A DNA stretch of 64,000 bases, from NCBI GenBank assembly GCA_036918135.1, contig JBALDB010000002.1:128001-192000 (forward strand). The letters are read 5' to 3'. Of the stretch, positions 7,222 to 17,872 are shown in pieces. Under the pieces are notes generated by a model. It was given only the letters and a program-made list of their open reading frames with translations. It ran no database searches and had not been told where the DNA came from. Numbering within the stretch: position 1 is the first letter of the stretch; every line of letters begins with the position of its first letter. Source of the stretch: Nostoc sp. Its GTDB lineage: Bacteria; Cyanobacteriota; Cyanobacteriia; Cyanobacteriales; Nostocaceae. The translations under genes were made by a program, and so were the position numbers.

Positions 7222-9996
7222 TCATGACTGAATCGATGTTCTAGCCTTCAACTTAGGATAAGCGATACGTTTATGATTAAATTGCTGCCAAACATCTACA
7301 AATATCTGGGCAATTTGTGACATTTCTTCCCGTGTTAATCCTGAATCTACGAGTTGATTGTCTTGCCATCTGGCACGCAAAATATTATTCAACATTGTTA
7401 AAGCTTGTTCGGTAGAAACATCTTTAGGCGATCGCTCCTCTTCTCCTTCACTAGACTTTGCGCCTACGCTACTTCCCTTTAAGGGTACAGGACGTTTCGC
7501 CGAAGTTGATACTTGGAGCGATCGCAGTGCCGCTTCGCAAGCATCCGCCAACATGACAATTCCTGTTTCCCGCGACTGGGGAATCGGCCCCTCATAGCGA
7601 AAATCTGCTTCATTTACCGTTAAATTTGGATCTTCTTGAGCCATTTGCTGGGCTTGGTGATAAAAATAGGCAATTAGCATTGTTCCCTGATGCTCTGGAA
7701 TGAAAGCTTGAATTGCTGTGGGTAAAAGGTGTTTACGCGCCATCACCAGCCCTTCACTTACATGCTTTTTGATAATCTCCGCACTTTTCCAAGGGTCTTT
7801 AATTTCTGTATCGTGTTTATTTGGCCCCCCCATTTGGTTTTCAATAAACCCAAGGGGGTCATGCATTTTTCCAATATCATGGTATAATGTCCCAGCCCTA
7901 ACTAATTCAACATTGCATTTTAGTTGTTTGGCAGCAGCTTCGGCAAGGGTAGCCACAAAGAGTGTATGTTGAAAAGTTCCGGGAGTCTCAGTTGCCAATC
8001 GTTTGAGTAAGGGACGATTTGGGTTTGCCAGCTCTGCTAAGCGGATGGGAGTGACTAAATCAAAAAGTCTTTCTAGATAAGGACTCAACCCTAAAGCGAT
8101 AACACTCCAAACAAAACCCGATGAAGCAAATAACCCTGCTTCTCGGAGGACAATATACCAAGTTGAACCAAATACTTGCCCAATTAATACTTTCGCAATC
8201 AAGTAAATACCGCCTTGAGTTAAAGCGATCGCTACACCCAATAATGCCAATTCCTCACGCGATCGCAATCTTTGGGCGATGCAACTACCTAATATTCCTC
8301 CTCCTAAACCAGCAAAAAGTGCAGCTTTGCCCAAATCCAAGGTGATTGCTAATAGCGGCGACAGTAGTCCGACAACTGTCAACCCCAAAGTAGGGCCGTA
8401 AAAGCTTCCCAACAATAAACCAAGGGCACTCCAACTAGTGTAGGGCAATCCCATGACGATTACTGCTGGTACGCTCAGAGCCAGCAGTAACACCAAAAGG
8501 CGATCGCGTTGTCGCAGTTTGCGATTAATGTGTCGTTCTATCCAAACAAAAATGCCAATGGCGACGGTAATAATGCTTGCTAACTTTACCAACTCTAACC
8601 ACTTAATTTCCCAGCGAATTAGGTGATAATGCTGCAACACTTCAAAATCCCAGGCAGTAATCTGCTCTCCTTTTTTGACAATTGCTTCACCACGGTGTAC
8701 ATTCACCATCACAGGTGACACACCAGCAGCAGCTTTTTGAGCTTTTTCTCTGGTTTGTTGTTCATCTATTTGCAGATTTGGCTGGAGTACAGCTAACAAC
8801 AGTTTGCTTGCTAAAGGTTCGGCATCTTTTGGGACAAAGGTGTGGACTTGTAAGCTTACCGCATCTTGTAAAATATTTTGTGGCAGTCCTTGGGGGATGC
8901 CTTGGGTGAGAATCCGCTGGGCACTTTGATGGATTCCTGTTTGTGTATTTTCCCATTCCAAATCTGACAAGTCTAAGAGCAGGGATTCCTCGTATATTGT
9001 TTCTGGACTAACACTCTCCAACTGTAAAAGTTTGGCAGTGGCGAGTGTGTATTTTTGGCGTGCTTGGGAAATTTGGGTAATTAGTGAGGATAAGCTTTTG
9101 GCAGAAATTGTCAGTTGATAATCTTTTAATTCTTTTATTGCTTGAGTAAAGTCAGTATTTTGATAAAATGACGCCACCTCAGTACTTTGTGAATCAGATT
9201 TAGATTTGGATGGTGTAGTGCTTGCTTGGCGTACTTGATTCGGTGCAGCTATCGATGATGAACCGGATGAGGTGGTTCGTCCTGTTATTTTTTCGTACTG
9301 GTTTCGATGATTTTCTACAGCCGCTAGCACCGCTTGCCATTCTAAATCAGAGCAAGAACGAAGGTAACGCTGGGTAGATCTGGACAAAACTACAGTATCA
9401 AAAAAAGGAAAAGCTCCAGCAATGGCACGAATTTCATTGCCATTATCTATAAGTTGTTGTAGATTATCGTCGATTTGTTGATTGATTCGCACAGCGACCA
9501 TCAACACTGGGATAAAACTTTTACTAGCAACTTTGCGCTTGGCGTCTGTTTTTTTCTGGTCTTCAATGCTAATTGTATAGGGCGCTCTAATTGTCTGGGG
9601 TGCGGGATTGCCTATTTGGAGTTGCGTTTGATTGTAGAATTTATGACCTATAACTCCTGTTAAGGAGACTACAGCGATCGCCAAAATCACCAAATATCGC
9701 TTTCCATGTACCCAGTTACAACCAACTGTATAAATACTACCCTGAGTTTTGACTGATTTTGCCATTGACTTTAGCGCTGTTTCTGGTTTCTTACGTTCGC
9801 TTTTGTCATTGGTTTTTGATAAAAACAAGATTACATTTGCGAGGATAGCTCTTAAAAGTTCCTTTTTATGGCTTGTGCCTTTAGGACTTTTAATTCTCCC
9901 AAGTAAGTTTCGCTTACGGCGTAATAATGTGTACCATCGCCGCCAGTAAGACAATTCCTGGGTGAAGAACTGCAAAAAATGCTCGGTCGTTTTCAT
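7222..9996 (-). CDS. 7TM-HD (HDIG) membrane phosphohydrolase, PgpH-like cyclic-dinucleotide phosphodiesterase family
   Basis: Extracellular domain, multi-TM bundle, and PGTFQH, YHDIGK, KHV, EHQGT and MLAD motifs. Start at MKTTEH. Confidence 0.88.
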   Translation of the reverse strand: MKTTEHFLQFFTQELSYWRRWYTLLRRKRNLLGRIKSPKGTSHKKELLRAILANVILFLSKTNDKSERKKPETALKSMAKSVKTQGSIYTVGCNWVHGKRYLVILAIAVVSLTGVIGHKFYNQTQLQIGNPAPQTIRAPYTISIEDQKKTDAKRKVASKSFIPVLMVAVRINQQIDDNLQQLIDNGNEIRAIAGAFPFFDTVVLSRSTQRYLRSCSDLEWQAVLAAVENHRNQYEKITGRTTSSGSSSIAAPNQVRQASTTPSKSKSDSQSTEVASFYQNTDFTQAIKELKDYQLTISAKSLSSLITQISQARQKYTLATAKLLQLESVSPETIYEESLLLDLSDLEWENTQTGIHQSAQRILTQGIPQGLPQNILQDAVSLQVHTFVPKDAEPLASKLLLAVLQPNLQIDEQQTREKAQKAAAGVSPVMVNVHRGEAIVKKGEQITAWDFEVLQHYHLIRWEIKWLELVKLASIITVAIGIFVWIERHINRKLRQRDRLLVLLLALSVPAVIVMGLPYTSWSALGLLLGSFYGPTLGLTVVGLLSPLLAITLDLGKAALFAGLGGGILGSCIAQRLRSREELALLGVAIALTQGGIYLIAKVLIGQVFGSTWYIVLREAGLFASSGFVWSVIALGLSPYLERLFDLVTPIRLAELANPNRPLLKRLATETPGTFQHTLFVATLAEAAAKQLKCNVELVRAGTLYHDIGKMHDPLGFIENQMGGPNKHDTEIKDPWKSAEIIKKHVSEGLVMARKHLLPTAIQAFIPEHQGTMLIAYFYHQAQQMAQEDPNLTVNEADFRYEGPIPQSRETGIVMLADACEAALRSLQVSTSAKRPVPLKGSSVGAKSSEGEEERSPKDVSTEQALTMLNNILRARWQDNQLVDSGLTREEMSQIAQIFVDVWQQFNHKRIAYPKLKARTSIQS

Positions 9997-10096
9997 TATC
10001 TCTGCCTGCAATTGCTGACTTTGATAAGCTAATGAGTGTTAAAATTTTTCAGGATGGTTCCCTTGTAGTCAGATTAAGTCCTAGTAATTACAAAAG

Positions 10097-10290
10097 AAGG
10101 CAGGAGGCAGAGGGCAGCAGGCAGGAGGAAAGAAGTATTAATTAAAACTGTCTTTTCTGGGTTATTGCCCAGTTTAAAAGAGGAATTGTATCGAGCGGAA
10201 AGTGCGCGACATACAAAGCCTCCTTGCTTCAATGCTACGTTTTAAAACGTGGGTTCTTCTTGCCTCCTGCCTCCTATCTTCCTGCCTCCT
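10097..10290. repeat. Element bounded by inverted heptamer arrays (GGCAGGA)n ... (TCCTGCC)n
   Basis: GGCAGGAGGCAGAGGGCAGCAGGCAGGAGG on the left and TGCCTCCTGCCTCCTATCTTCCTGCCTCC on the right of a ~130-bp core. Confidence 0.6.
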
Positions 10291-10571
10291 GAATTAATTA
10301 TTAGAATTTCTAAGCCTCAGCTCTAATAATAAGTCTTTAACCCGACATAATATAGGGGAATTCAACCCTAGTTTTATGCAACTTGAATGTTCATTAGCTC
10401 AGCTCAAAACAAAACAATCATCAGGGAAGTCCAATCTGTGGCTACTGTTGCAACTACGGTTGCGAAATGTTACCTACAGAATTGGGTCGAGGGTTTGCTG
10501 AAAAATCTAAGTATAGAATACTGTTAATATTGGCAGTTTGGCATCCGCACTGTTATTTGCTGAAAATAGCA

Positions 10572-11504
10572 TTAACGTAACCGAATAACACGAGGAGACG
10601 CGTAAACTGAAAGCATTACCCTAGACACGGCACATTCCTTCTGTGTTAACTCCTTTGGATCTAGGCAAACGTTATCATACAATCCTGACCACGCAGCCAC
10701 AAGTGCATCAGCTAATTCTAACATTTGCTCAAAGCTTGTCAGTTCGGATGCTGGTAAATTCCTCTGTAAAAACAATCGCCAATTTAGAGGAATTCCTGCT
10801 GTAGTGTTATACGCGCCTGATAAAGCCGCAGTAATTACACCTGTAGAGTATGCTATTAAACGAGTAGTATCTTGGATAGCATCACCATTTTTCGTAGCTC
10901 GCAAAACTGCAAGGTGAAAATCTTCCAATGTACTCAAAAAGCAGTAAAATGCGATCGCAATCGTATTACTGAGCTTTTCTTTGCTAGCAAACTCGGCTTG
11001 TACTCTTTCTAGTCCAGCCCCTTGTGCTAATAAATTCTGAATTCTTAATAATTTTTTCGGTATTGATGTCGGCGTTTCTCCCAAAAAGGAAATTATTTGC
11101 GGAATTAGGGTTAAAGGGTCGAGTTTCTCAGTCAAAGCTAGAGCGATCGCATACCCTACTGCTAGTGTTCCATCGCGTACTACTAGGTCATCATCCCAGA
11201 TTTGCAGCACATCCAGCAAGTTTTGTCGTAGCTTAATTGGATTTTCGTGAAAAAAAAGTGCCACTGGTAGTGTGGCAAGAATGATGTTTATTGGAGCTAA
11301 ATCAACAGAAGCTTTTTGCTGACGCGTTATCCAATCATTTAAATCTAATCTACCCAAGCTAATTAAGCTCTCGATACCCACAATCATTGCCATTATGCCA
11401 CCGGGGTAATTCTGAGGCTGTATTCCCCTATCAAAAGCTAAATTTTCCCCCAATAATACTCCGAGTAAAGTACCTCTAAACCGACTTACAAGAGAGTAAC
11501 GCAT
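10572..11504 (-). CDS. ADP-ribosylglycohydrolase-fold protein (catalytic acidic motifs appear absent)
   Basis: SRFRGTLLGVLLGE N-terminus, AIAFYCFL and TAALSGAY resemble the ARH/DraG fold. Start at MRYSLV; the longer track ORF starts within a repeat. Confidence 0.7.
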   Translation of the reverse strand: MRYSLVSRFRGTLLGVLLGENLAFDRGIQPQNYPGGIMAMIVGIESLISLGRLDLNDWITRQQKASVDLAPINIILATLPVALFFHENPIKLRQNLLDVLQIWDDDLVVRDGTLAVGYAIALALTEKLDPLTLIPQIISFLGETPTSIPKKLLRIQNLLAQGAGLERVQAEFASKEKLSNTIAIAFYCFLSTLEDFHLAVLRATKNGDAIQDTTRLIAYSTGVITAALSGAYNTTAGIPLNWRLFLQRNLPASELTSFEQMLELADALVAAWSGLYDNVCLDPKELTQKECAVSRVMLSVYASPRVIRLR

Positions 11505-11520
11505 TATAATTTTGGATTTT

Positions 11521-11653
11521 ATATCATGTCCGCTTGAATACTTATGATATCTGTGGGGGTTGATAATGGGTAATCGGTAATGGGTAATAGGAAAGAACTT
11601 GTTTCCTATTACCTTTTTCCCAATCCCCAATTACCAAATCAATTCATATTTTA
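11521..11653 (+). repeat. Dispersed ~140-bp element, copy 1
   Basis: Head ATATCATGTCC..TTGAATACTTATGATATCTGTG plus GGTAAT heptamers; inverted homolog at 17873-18015. Confidence 0.7.
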
Positions 11654-11656
11654 TGT

Positions 11657-12118
11657 CTATATACTTCTTAAATGATGCACTAGTGCCTGTAAGCCTAATA
11701 TATAACTTTGAGAGCCAAAACCACTGATTTGCCCAATTGCTACTGGGGCAATATAAGAATGATGGCGGAAATCTTCCCGACGATAAATATTACTCAGATG
11801 TACTTCTACTGTAGGTAAGTTAACGGCAGCGATCGCATCTCGCAATGCCACACTTGTATGGGTATATGCCCCTGGATTAATCAAAATTCCTTGATGTTGT
11901 CCCCAGGCCCCATGAATAGCATCTACTAAAATTCCTTCATGATTTGACTGCATGGGAAAAACTTTCGCCTGTAATTTTAATCCTTCTGCTTCTAACAGGC
12001 GGTTAATTTCCGCTAATGTCAACGAGCCATAAATTCCAGGTTCTCGCTGTCCTAGCAAATTTAAGTTTGGCCCGTGCAGTGCCAGAATGCTTAGGGGTTC
12101 CAACGTCGAATTTAGCAC
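11657..12118 (-). CDS. aroQ: Type II 3-dehydroquinate dehydratase
   Basis: [33 protein letters not shown] and EVHLSN motifs. Confidence 0.97.
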   Translation of the reverse strand: MLNSTLEPLSILALHGPNLNLLGQREPGIYGSLTLAEINRLLEAEGLKLQAKVFPMQSNHEGILVDAIHGAWGQHQGILINPGAYTHTSVALRDAIAAVNLPTVEVHLSNIYRREDFRHHSYIAPVAIGQISGFGSQSYILGLQALVHHLRSI

Positions 12119-12130
12119 TTTTGCTTTTTG

Positions 12131-12268
12131 CTAGCGACGACGCGAGCGATCGTTCACGGGAATCGGAATCAGTTCCGGTTCCGGTTCAGCCTCTGGCCCT
12201 AAAAGGCTCTCAATTAGCTTACGTGCTAACTCCTTAAGCTTTTCTAGCACCTTTTCTATATAGTCCAT
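12131..12268 (-). CDS. Small protein, 45 aa (MDYIEKVLEKLKELARKLIESLLGPEAEPEPELIPIPVNDRSRRR)
   Basis: Hand translation; AGGAG RBS upstream; amphipathic helix plus PEPELIPIPV motif; ends 12 nt before the aroQ start. Below the ORF-track cutoff. Confidence 0.75.
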   Translation of the reverse strand: MDYIEKVLEKLKELARKLIESLLGPEAEPEPELIPIPVNDRSRRR

Positions 12269-12715
12269 GAACCGATCGCTCCTGAGATACTACCTCAATT
12301 TTGGATTAACAAGTACGCAGTTTGCGTATTTTTGCACCTCTAACTTTTAACCGAGCTAATAGACAATCCCATTTTGGGACATCAGCCACTTCTCAAACTT
12401 GGGTTTCGTGTTTTTTGAGCCAAAAATGCTGGCAATTGCTCGCATTTTCTTCTTGTGACAAAGCTGGAAGTGTCGGCACTTTCCACTGCACAAGCTGATA
12501 CCACCGCTCTGGCAGCCTTCTCCAAAAAAAGTGGAGATCCTACTTTTTACAGTATCACACTTGCAACCTATACAAGTGCATCTTACCAAGGATGGGTATT
12601 AAGGGTGAACAGTCAAGGGTAGGTGGTAGTTTAATCGAGCTACCGATTAAGACTGACACTCTAAGCCTTGGTAGACTATCCAAAATTCCAAATTGAAAAT
12701 CCAAATTTGTTAACC

Positions 12716-15361
12716 TTATTTGCTCTTTTTTTTGGTAGCTGTGGTTGATGACTTAGCAGTTGACTTCGCTCTCGAACTCGTTGATTTACTGGTTTTACGA
12801 GTCGATTTTCCTGTCGAGGCTTTAGCTGCCAACAATTCTAAGGCTGCTGCTAAAGTTATATCTTCTACTGATTGACCTTCTGGAATGCTGGCATTAGTTT
12901 TGCCATGTTTGATGTAAGGGCCATAGGGGCCATCGTAGATGTTAACTGGTGCGTCGTCCTCTGGATGCGTACCCAATTCGCGTAAAGCTGCTTTGGACTT
13001 GCTGTTGGTGGAACTGCGTCCCTTTTTTGGTTCGGACAACAATTCTAATGCACGTTCTAAACTAATTGTCAATACATTATCAGCAGCTTTCAGAGAGCGA
13101 TAATCTTTTCCCTCTTTCCCTTGGTCGTGAACGATATAAGGGCCAAAGCGTCCCAAACTTGCTTGGATTTTACTGCCAGTGACTGGATGAACTCCTAATG
13201 TCCGGGGTAGTGCCAACAGACCAACAGCCATTTCCAAGGTAACGTTTTCTGGGGTGATGCCTTTGGGTAGAGAAGCTTGTTTTGGTTTGGGGTTTTCCTC
13301 GGACTTGTCACCTAATTGGACATAAGGCCCGTAAGCGCCAATTTTCACATAAATTGGTTCGCCAGTTTCCGGATGCCGACCTACCTGGTCGGGGCCAGTG
13401 GTTTTTTGCCGCAGCAATACTTCTACTTGTTTGGGGTCGAGGTCAGCTGGGGTCAAGTCTTTGGGAATTGAGGCAGTGACAACACCCTCACCATTTTCGA
13501 CTTCAATGTAAGGGCCATATTTACCAATTCGGACTTTGGCTGCCAAATTTTCCAGTTCTACAGTTCTGGCTTTGGTGGCATCAATTTGGCTTTCCTGTCC
13601 TTTAACTAGGGTTTCCAGACCTTTGTCTCCCAAATAGAATTGTTGCAGGTAAGGTAGCCATTTAGCTTCACCTGTGGCTATGTCATCGAGGGTTTGCTCC
13701 ATTTTTGAGGTAAAGCTGGGATCGACGATATCCGGGAAATGTTTTTCCAGCAAGTCGGTGACAGCGAAAGCAGTGAAAGTGGGTACGAGGGCGTTACTCA
13801 CCAATTGCGCGTAACCCTTGTCGATGATGGTGCCAATGATGCTGGCGTAAGTACTGGGACGACCAATACCTTCGCTTTCTAAGGTTTTCACCAAAGTCGC
13901 TTCGGTGTACCTCGCTGGGGGTTGGGTTTCGTGACCAACGGCTTCGAGTTCGGTACAATTGGGGCGATCGCCTACTTTTAAGCTAGGTAAAATTACTTCT
14001 TGGTCTTCCAGTGCTGCTTCCGGGTCATCTGAACCTTCAACGTAAGCGCGTAAGTATCCCGGAAATTCAATGCGCTTGCCAGAAGAACGGAAACCAGCGT
14101 CCTCGACTTGCAATTGTACAGAAATTTGGGTTTGTCGAGAATCAGCCATTTGGCAAGCGACGGTGCGTTTCCAAATTAAATCGTAGACAGCAAGTTCTCG
14201 ACCGCCCAAACCAGTTTCTTGGGGAGTGCGGAAAGTGCTACCTGCTGGACGAATTGCTTCGTGCGCTTCTTGTGCGCCTTTAGATTTGGTGGTGTATTGC
14301 CGGGGTTGGGGGCTGAGATATTGTTGACCGTAGAGTTTTTCAACACAACTACGAGCAGCTGCGATCGCCTGATCTGACAAATGCACCGAATCTGTCCGCA
14401 TATAGGTAATATACCCCTGTTCGTACAAATTCTGGGCAATTCGCATCGTATCGCGGGCTGAGAGGCGCAATTTTCGGTTAGATTCTTGTTGCAGTGTCGA
14501 GGTGGTGAACGGTGGCGCGGGTTTGCGCGTTACTGGACGTTCTTCAATGTCGGCGACATTCCAAGTTTTTCCAGTCAGGCGTTCCTTCAGGGCTAAGGCT
14601 TGGTCTTCGTTGAGCAACAAGACATTGCGGCCTGCGACAATTTGTCCGGTTGCGGGGTCAAAATCGCCGCCATTGGCTATTTTGGTTCCTCCCAAAGTCA
14701 GCAACTGGGCAGCAAAGGGGGTTTTGTCCTTTGATAAACTAGCCTTCAAATCCCAGTACGTACCTTCACGGAAAGCGCGGCGCTGGCGTTCCTTGTTGAC
14801 TAAAAGTCGCACCGCTACAGATTGTACTCGCCCAGCAGATAATCCCCAGGCGATTTTTTTCCATAGCAGGGGAGACAAAGTATAACCCACCAATCGATCT
14901 AAAATCCGCCGCGTTTCTTGGGCGCGAACCAACTGCTCATCGATATTGCGGCAGTTTTTCAGCGCTTTTTTAATAGCATCTTGGGTAATTTCGTGAAACA
15001 CCATCCGCTTAGTCGGAACTTTCGGCTTGAGCAATTGGTATAAATGCCAACTAATGCTTTCACCTTCCCGGTCTTCGTCCGTTGCCAGAATCAGTTCATC
15101 TACATCTTTGAGCGCATCTTTGAGCTGGGTGACAATTTTCTTTTTGTCTTTCGGGACAACATATACCGGTTCAAAGTCGGCGTCCACATTCACCCCTAGC
15201 TGTGCCCATTTTTCCGCTTTAACGGCCGGGGGAATTTCACTAGCCGACTGCGGTAAGTCACGCACATGACCCATAGACGCCTCTACCTTATAGCCTGATG
15301 GCAAGTAGTTGCGAATGGTACGAGCTTTGGTTGGAGATTCGACGATGACGAGAGTTGACAT
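12716..15361 (-). CDS. topA: DNA topoisomerase I
   Basis: [26 protein letters not shown], catalytic ITYMRTD, C-terminal GxYGPY repeats and a basic tail. Confidence 0.98.
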   Translation of the reverse strand: MSTLVIVESPTKARTIRNYLPSGYKVEASMGHVRDLPQSASEIPPAVKAEKWAQLGVNVDADFEPVYVVPKDKKKIVTQLKDALKDVDELILATDEDREGESISWHLYQLLKPKVPTKRMVFHEITQDAIKKALKNCRNIDEQLVRAQETRRILDRLVGYTLSPLLWKKIAWGLSAGRVQSVAVRLLVNKERQRRAFREGTYWDLKASLSKDKTPFAAQLLTLGGTKIANGGDFDPATGQIVAGRNVLLLNEDQALALKERLTGKTWNVADIEERPVTRKPAPPFTTSTLQQESNRKLRLSARDTMRIAQNLYEQGYITYMRTDSVHLSDQAIAAARSCVEKLYGQQYLSPQPRQYTTKSKGAQEAHEAIRPAGSTFRTPQETGLGGRELAVYDLIWKRTVACQMADSRQTQISVQLQVEDAGFRSSGKRIEFPGYLRAYVEGSDDPEAALEDQEVILPSLKVGDRPNCTELEAVGHETQPPARYTEATLVKTLESEGIGRPSTYASIIGTIIDKGYAQLVSNALVPTFTAFAVTDLLEKHFPDIVDPSFTSKMEQTLDDIATGEAKWLPYLQQFYLGDKGLETLVKGQESQIDATKARTVELENLAAKVRIGKYGPYIEVENGEGVVTASIPKDLTPADLDPKQVEVLLRQKTTGPDQVGRHPETGEPIYVKIGAYGPYVQLGDKSEENPKPKQASLPKGITPENVTLEMAVGLLALPRTLGVHPVTGSKIQASLGRFGPYIVHDQGKEGKDYRSLKAADNVLTISLERALELLSEPKKGRSSTNSKSKAALRELGTHPEDDAPVNIYDGPYGPYIKHGKTNASIPEGQSVEDITLAAALELLAAKASTGKSTRKTSKSTSSRAKSTAKSSTTATKKKSK

Positions 15362-15821
15362 GGAAATTTCAAAAAAAAGAATAGCTGCTAAGCTAAACAG
15401 TCAAATTGAGGTAATTTTTACAAATTGTCAAGATAAAACGTCAGGCTTAGGGCGGTGATTTTATCCTCACACAAACTGCTTGTTTAGGAGAAAATCGTCC
15501 TAAGTTAGGGCATAGTCCTTTCCAGAGTATAGGAGAGGCCAAAGCTGGATGTGAATTTCCAGCTATTTCAATCTTTAACTTATCTAGCGCATAATTGGCG
15601 ACTACAGTTTTCAAAATACCCTGCAAGTGTAATCAGAGATTGGGTAGCACAGGGGCAAGGGAGGTAAAGGGAGACAACGGGACAAGGAGAATAACTGCTC
15701 TACTAAACAGTCATCAGTCATCAGTCAACACTCCCAATGCCTAAGAGCTTGTGCCAAAATTAAATCAAATTTGAGAAAAAAAGCGAAGTGCGGTTTGTAC
15801 CCATGTCAGGAAAGCAAAACT

Positions 15822-16113
15822 ATGCAACCAATTCGTCAAAGCGATGTTATCTTACTGCCTGTGCAGCAGGTTGAAGGACAAAAAATACCTCATTTAACTT
15901 TGGTAAAAGGCGAAGTTACTGGTTCTAAACATCGAATTACTGAGAGAGTAGCAGAATAAAAAAAGATATGATACATATTACTTACGTGTTTTTTCAGAGT
16001 CGGCATTGCTAGTTCATGAGCAGCATAAAGCTATTTTCTATTCCCCTAGTGACTGGATGGTGAAAATTCAGCGGGAATACGAGCTTGAAGGTTGGAGGTA
16101 TGTAACTGATTGA
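15822..16113 (+). pseudogene. Decayed RQGDV-type small protein (usual DUF6745 partner)
   Basis: MQPIRQSDVILLP...LVKGEVTGSKHRI, stop at 15957-15959, then YLRVFSESALLVHEQHKAI and, after a frameshift, DWMVKIQREYELEGWRYVTD*. Confidence 0.7.
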
Positions 16114-16139
16114 AAAGTCGCTTTCAACAGGTAGCGCTT

Positions 16140-16365
16140 ATGACTGGAATAGAAGCCTTACAATCAGTTCAATTTATAAATCTTCAAAAAAAGTAAGTTG
16201 CCGTTCTTAGCCTTGAAAATTAGCAAGCACTTATTGTAATGATTAGAAACTTTAAAAGATATACAAATTGTCCATAAAGCATTTGATAAATTCAAAACAT
16301 TTGCTAAGAGTTGCCAACGTGCAGGTTGGTTGAAATGCGATGATGTAAAGTCTGAGTTAGAGTGA
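16140..16365 (+). pseudogene. Decayed small antitoxin-like protein
   Basis: MTGIEALQSVQFI...VAVLS...LETLKDIQIVHKAFD...RAGWLKCDDVKSELE* with internal stops and a frameshift. Family assignment is from recall. Confidence 0.5.
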
Positions 16366-16417
16366 GTAATTAAAAAGTTTATATTAGAAACTAATACATT
16401 AATTTCAATTCATCTCA

Positions 16418-16838
16418 ATGATATACCAGCTAACATCTGGACAAAAAGCTTTAATTCCAGTTTTTCGTGATAACTGGCGAATATCACGATGTAACATTGC
16501 CTGAAAAATACGGTAAAATCCACCCTGAACAATGGCAACCTGAATGGCTTTTGTCAGAGAAAAACGCCGAACTAGGGCCAGTACTAATTCGGGGTATTGG
16601 TTACGCTAGAATCTGCCAATAACTACAACCTATTGAATTAGATAATTGGCAAGAATACACGCTATTAAAAATTGATAACAACGTAGATATGAGCCGATTT
16701 ATTTATTAAAAATGACTTGCCCTAGTACAAGCTTTATTCATACTTTGCGAGTTCCACCGAATATGAACTCAGCGCGTGAGGCAGTCCGTTGGGTAAATTG
16801 GGGAGTATATCCAGAGGAATTTGGCGTGCAAACATTAA
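16418..16838 (+). pseudogene. Internally deleted DUF6745-domain gene
   Basis: N-terminus MIYQLTSGQKALIPVFRDNWR is joined almost directly to the C-terminal LPEKYGKIHPEQWQPEWLLSEKNAEL...IGYARICQ*...LLKMTCPST...LRVPP...AREAVRWVNWG; contains a stop and frameshifts. Confidence 0.75.
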
Positions 16839-17105
16839 GTGTTTTAGGGAGAAATTAACGTGTAAAGCAATTTGCTTGATAAAATCGGTAATAGATCCAG
16901 ATAAATTAGGCTGAAGTGTGATTTTGGAATTGACGCACTAAGCTAAAAAAATATAAATAGTAAGTATAGAAAAAACCGATGCATTTTACCATACATGAGG
17001 ACAAATGCACGAATTCAGGCTTGTCCAGAGCCAAAGTTATGGTAGGATAATTTTGGAGAAGTTAACGGCGATACGAATCTTGTTGTTAGAAATAATTGCA
17101 AGCGG

Positions 17106-17146
17106 CTCTCCGGATAAACATCTCTGCATCAATGGATTCTGGAGAG
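17106..17146 (+). promoter_or_regulatory. RBS-sequestering stem in the rbp 5' UTR
   Basis: CTCTCCGGA (17106-17114) can pair with TCTGGAGAG (17138-17146), which contains the RBS. Confidence 0.55.
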
Positions 17147-17150
17147 TTTC

Positions 17151-17465
17151 ATGTCAATCTACGTAGGGAACCTATCCTACAGCGTCACACAAGACGACCT
17201 TAGTAAGGTATTTTCTGAGTACGGCAGCGTTAAACGCGTTCAATTGCCGACAGATAGGGAAACAGGACGCGCTCGGGGCTTTGGTTTTGTGGAAATGGAA
17301 TCATCTGACGCAGAAGATGCTGCTATTCAGGCTTTAGATGGTGCCGAATGGATGGGTCGTGTAATGAAAGTTAATAAAGCAAGACCACGAGAGGAGAAGG
17401 GTAGTCGCTCTGGCGGTGGTGATTGGCAAAAAAATAATAATAGTGGATACTCACGAGGCTATTAA
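17151..17465 (+). CDS. rbp: RRM RNA-binding protein (Rbp family) with Gly-rich tail
   Basis: RNP2 IYVGNL and RNP1 RGFGFVEM motifs. Confidence 0.95.
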   Translation: MSIYVGNLSYSVTQDDLSKVFSEYGSVKRVQLPTDRETGRARGFGFVEMESSDAEDAAIQALDGAEWMGRVMKVNKARPREEKGSRSGGGDWQKNNNSGYSRGY

Positions 17466-17569
17466 GTTTTGAGATGATTTACGAAGGTAAAAGCATCATT
17501 AGCGATCGCCAAGCAAAAACTATGCCTAAATTAGCAGTTTAGTAGATAACTAAATCTGCAAAATTGTAT

Positions 17570-17608
17570 ATAAGCAGTTCAGGAAATAACTGAGCTGCTT
17601 ATTTATTT
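17570..17608 (+). terminator. Intrinsic terminator after rbp
   Basis: ATAAGCAGTTCAG / CTGAGCTGCTTAT stem followed by TTATTT. Confidence 0.6.
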
Positions 17609-17872
17609 TAGATATGAATGTTGATTGTAAATGAGCCTACCCTACACTTTAACATAATTTAATTTTCCCACTGTTCGCTACTTAACTCACGTTGATTCAT
17701 CTACACACCCTGCCGACGATCGCCTATTTTTTAGAAGACACCGAGTTTGAAAACACGCCTTAGTTTACCAAAGAGTGAAAATTGCTTTATATTTAACTAT
17801 GAAAAAACAGATGGGATAACCATCTGCTTCAATCAAAAGTGTATTATTTCATATCAAGTTAGGCTAATTACT

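Noticed and set aside
11505..11630. N-terminal extension of the ARH-like ORF
   Set aside because: Translated repeat element; the true start is likely at 11504.
12016..12589. ORFs 12016-12237 (+) and 12356-12589 (-)
   Set aside because: The first is antisense to aroQ and the small protein; the second has no RBS or recognisable features.
13282..15269. Short ORFs inside topA (and similar ones inside the TBDT, glgP, HD and kinase genes)
   Set aside because: Antisense or alternate-frame shadows of long, well-supported CDSs.
15464..15472. GTGTGAGGA (Yfr1-like site) upstream of topA
   Set aside because: About 100 nt from the start, only 9 nt long, and not an envelope gene; could be chance.
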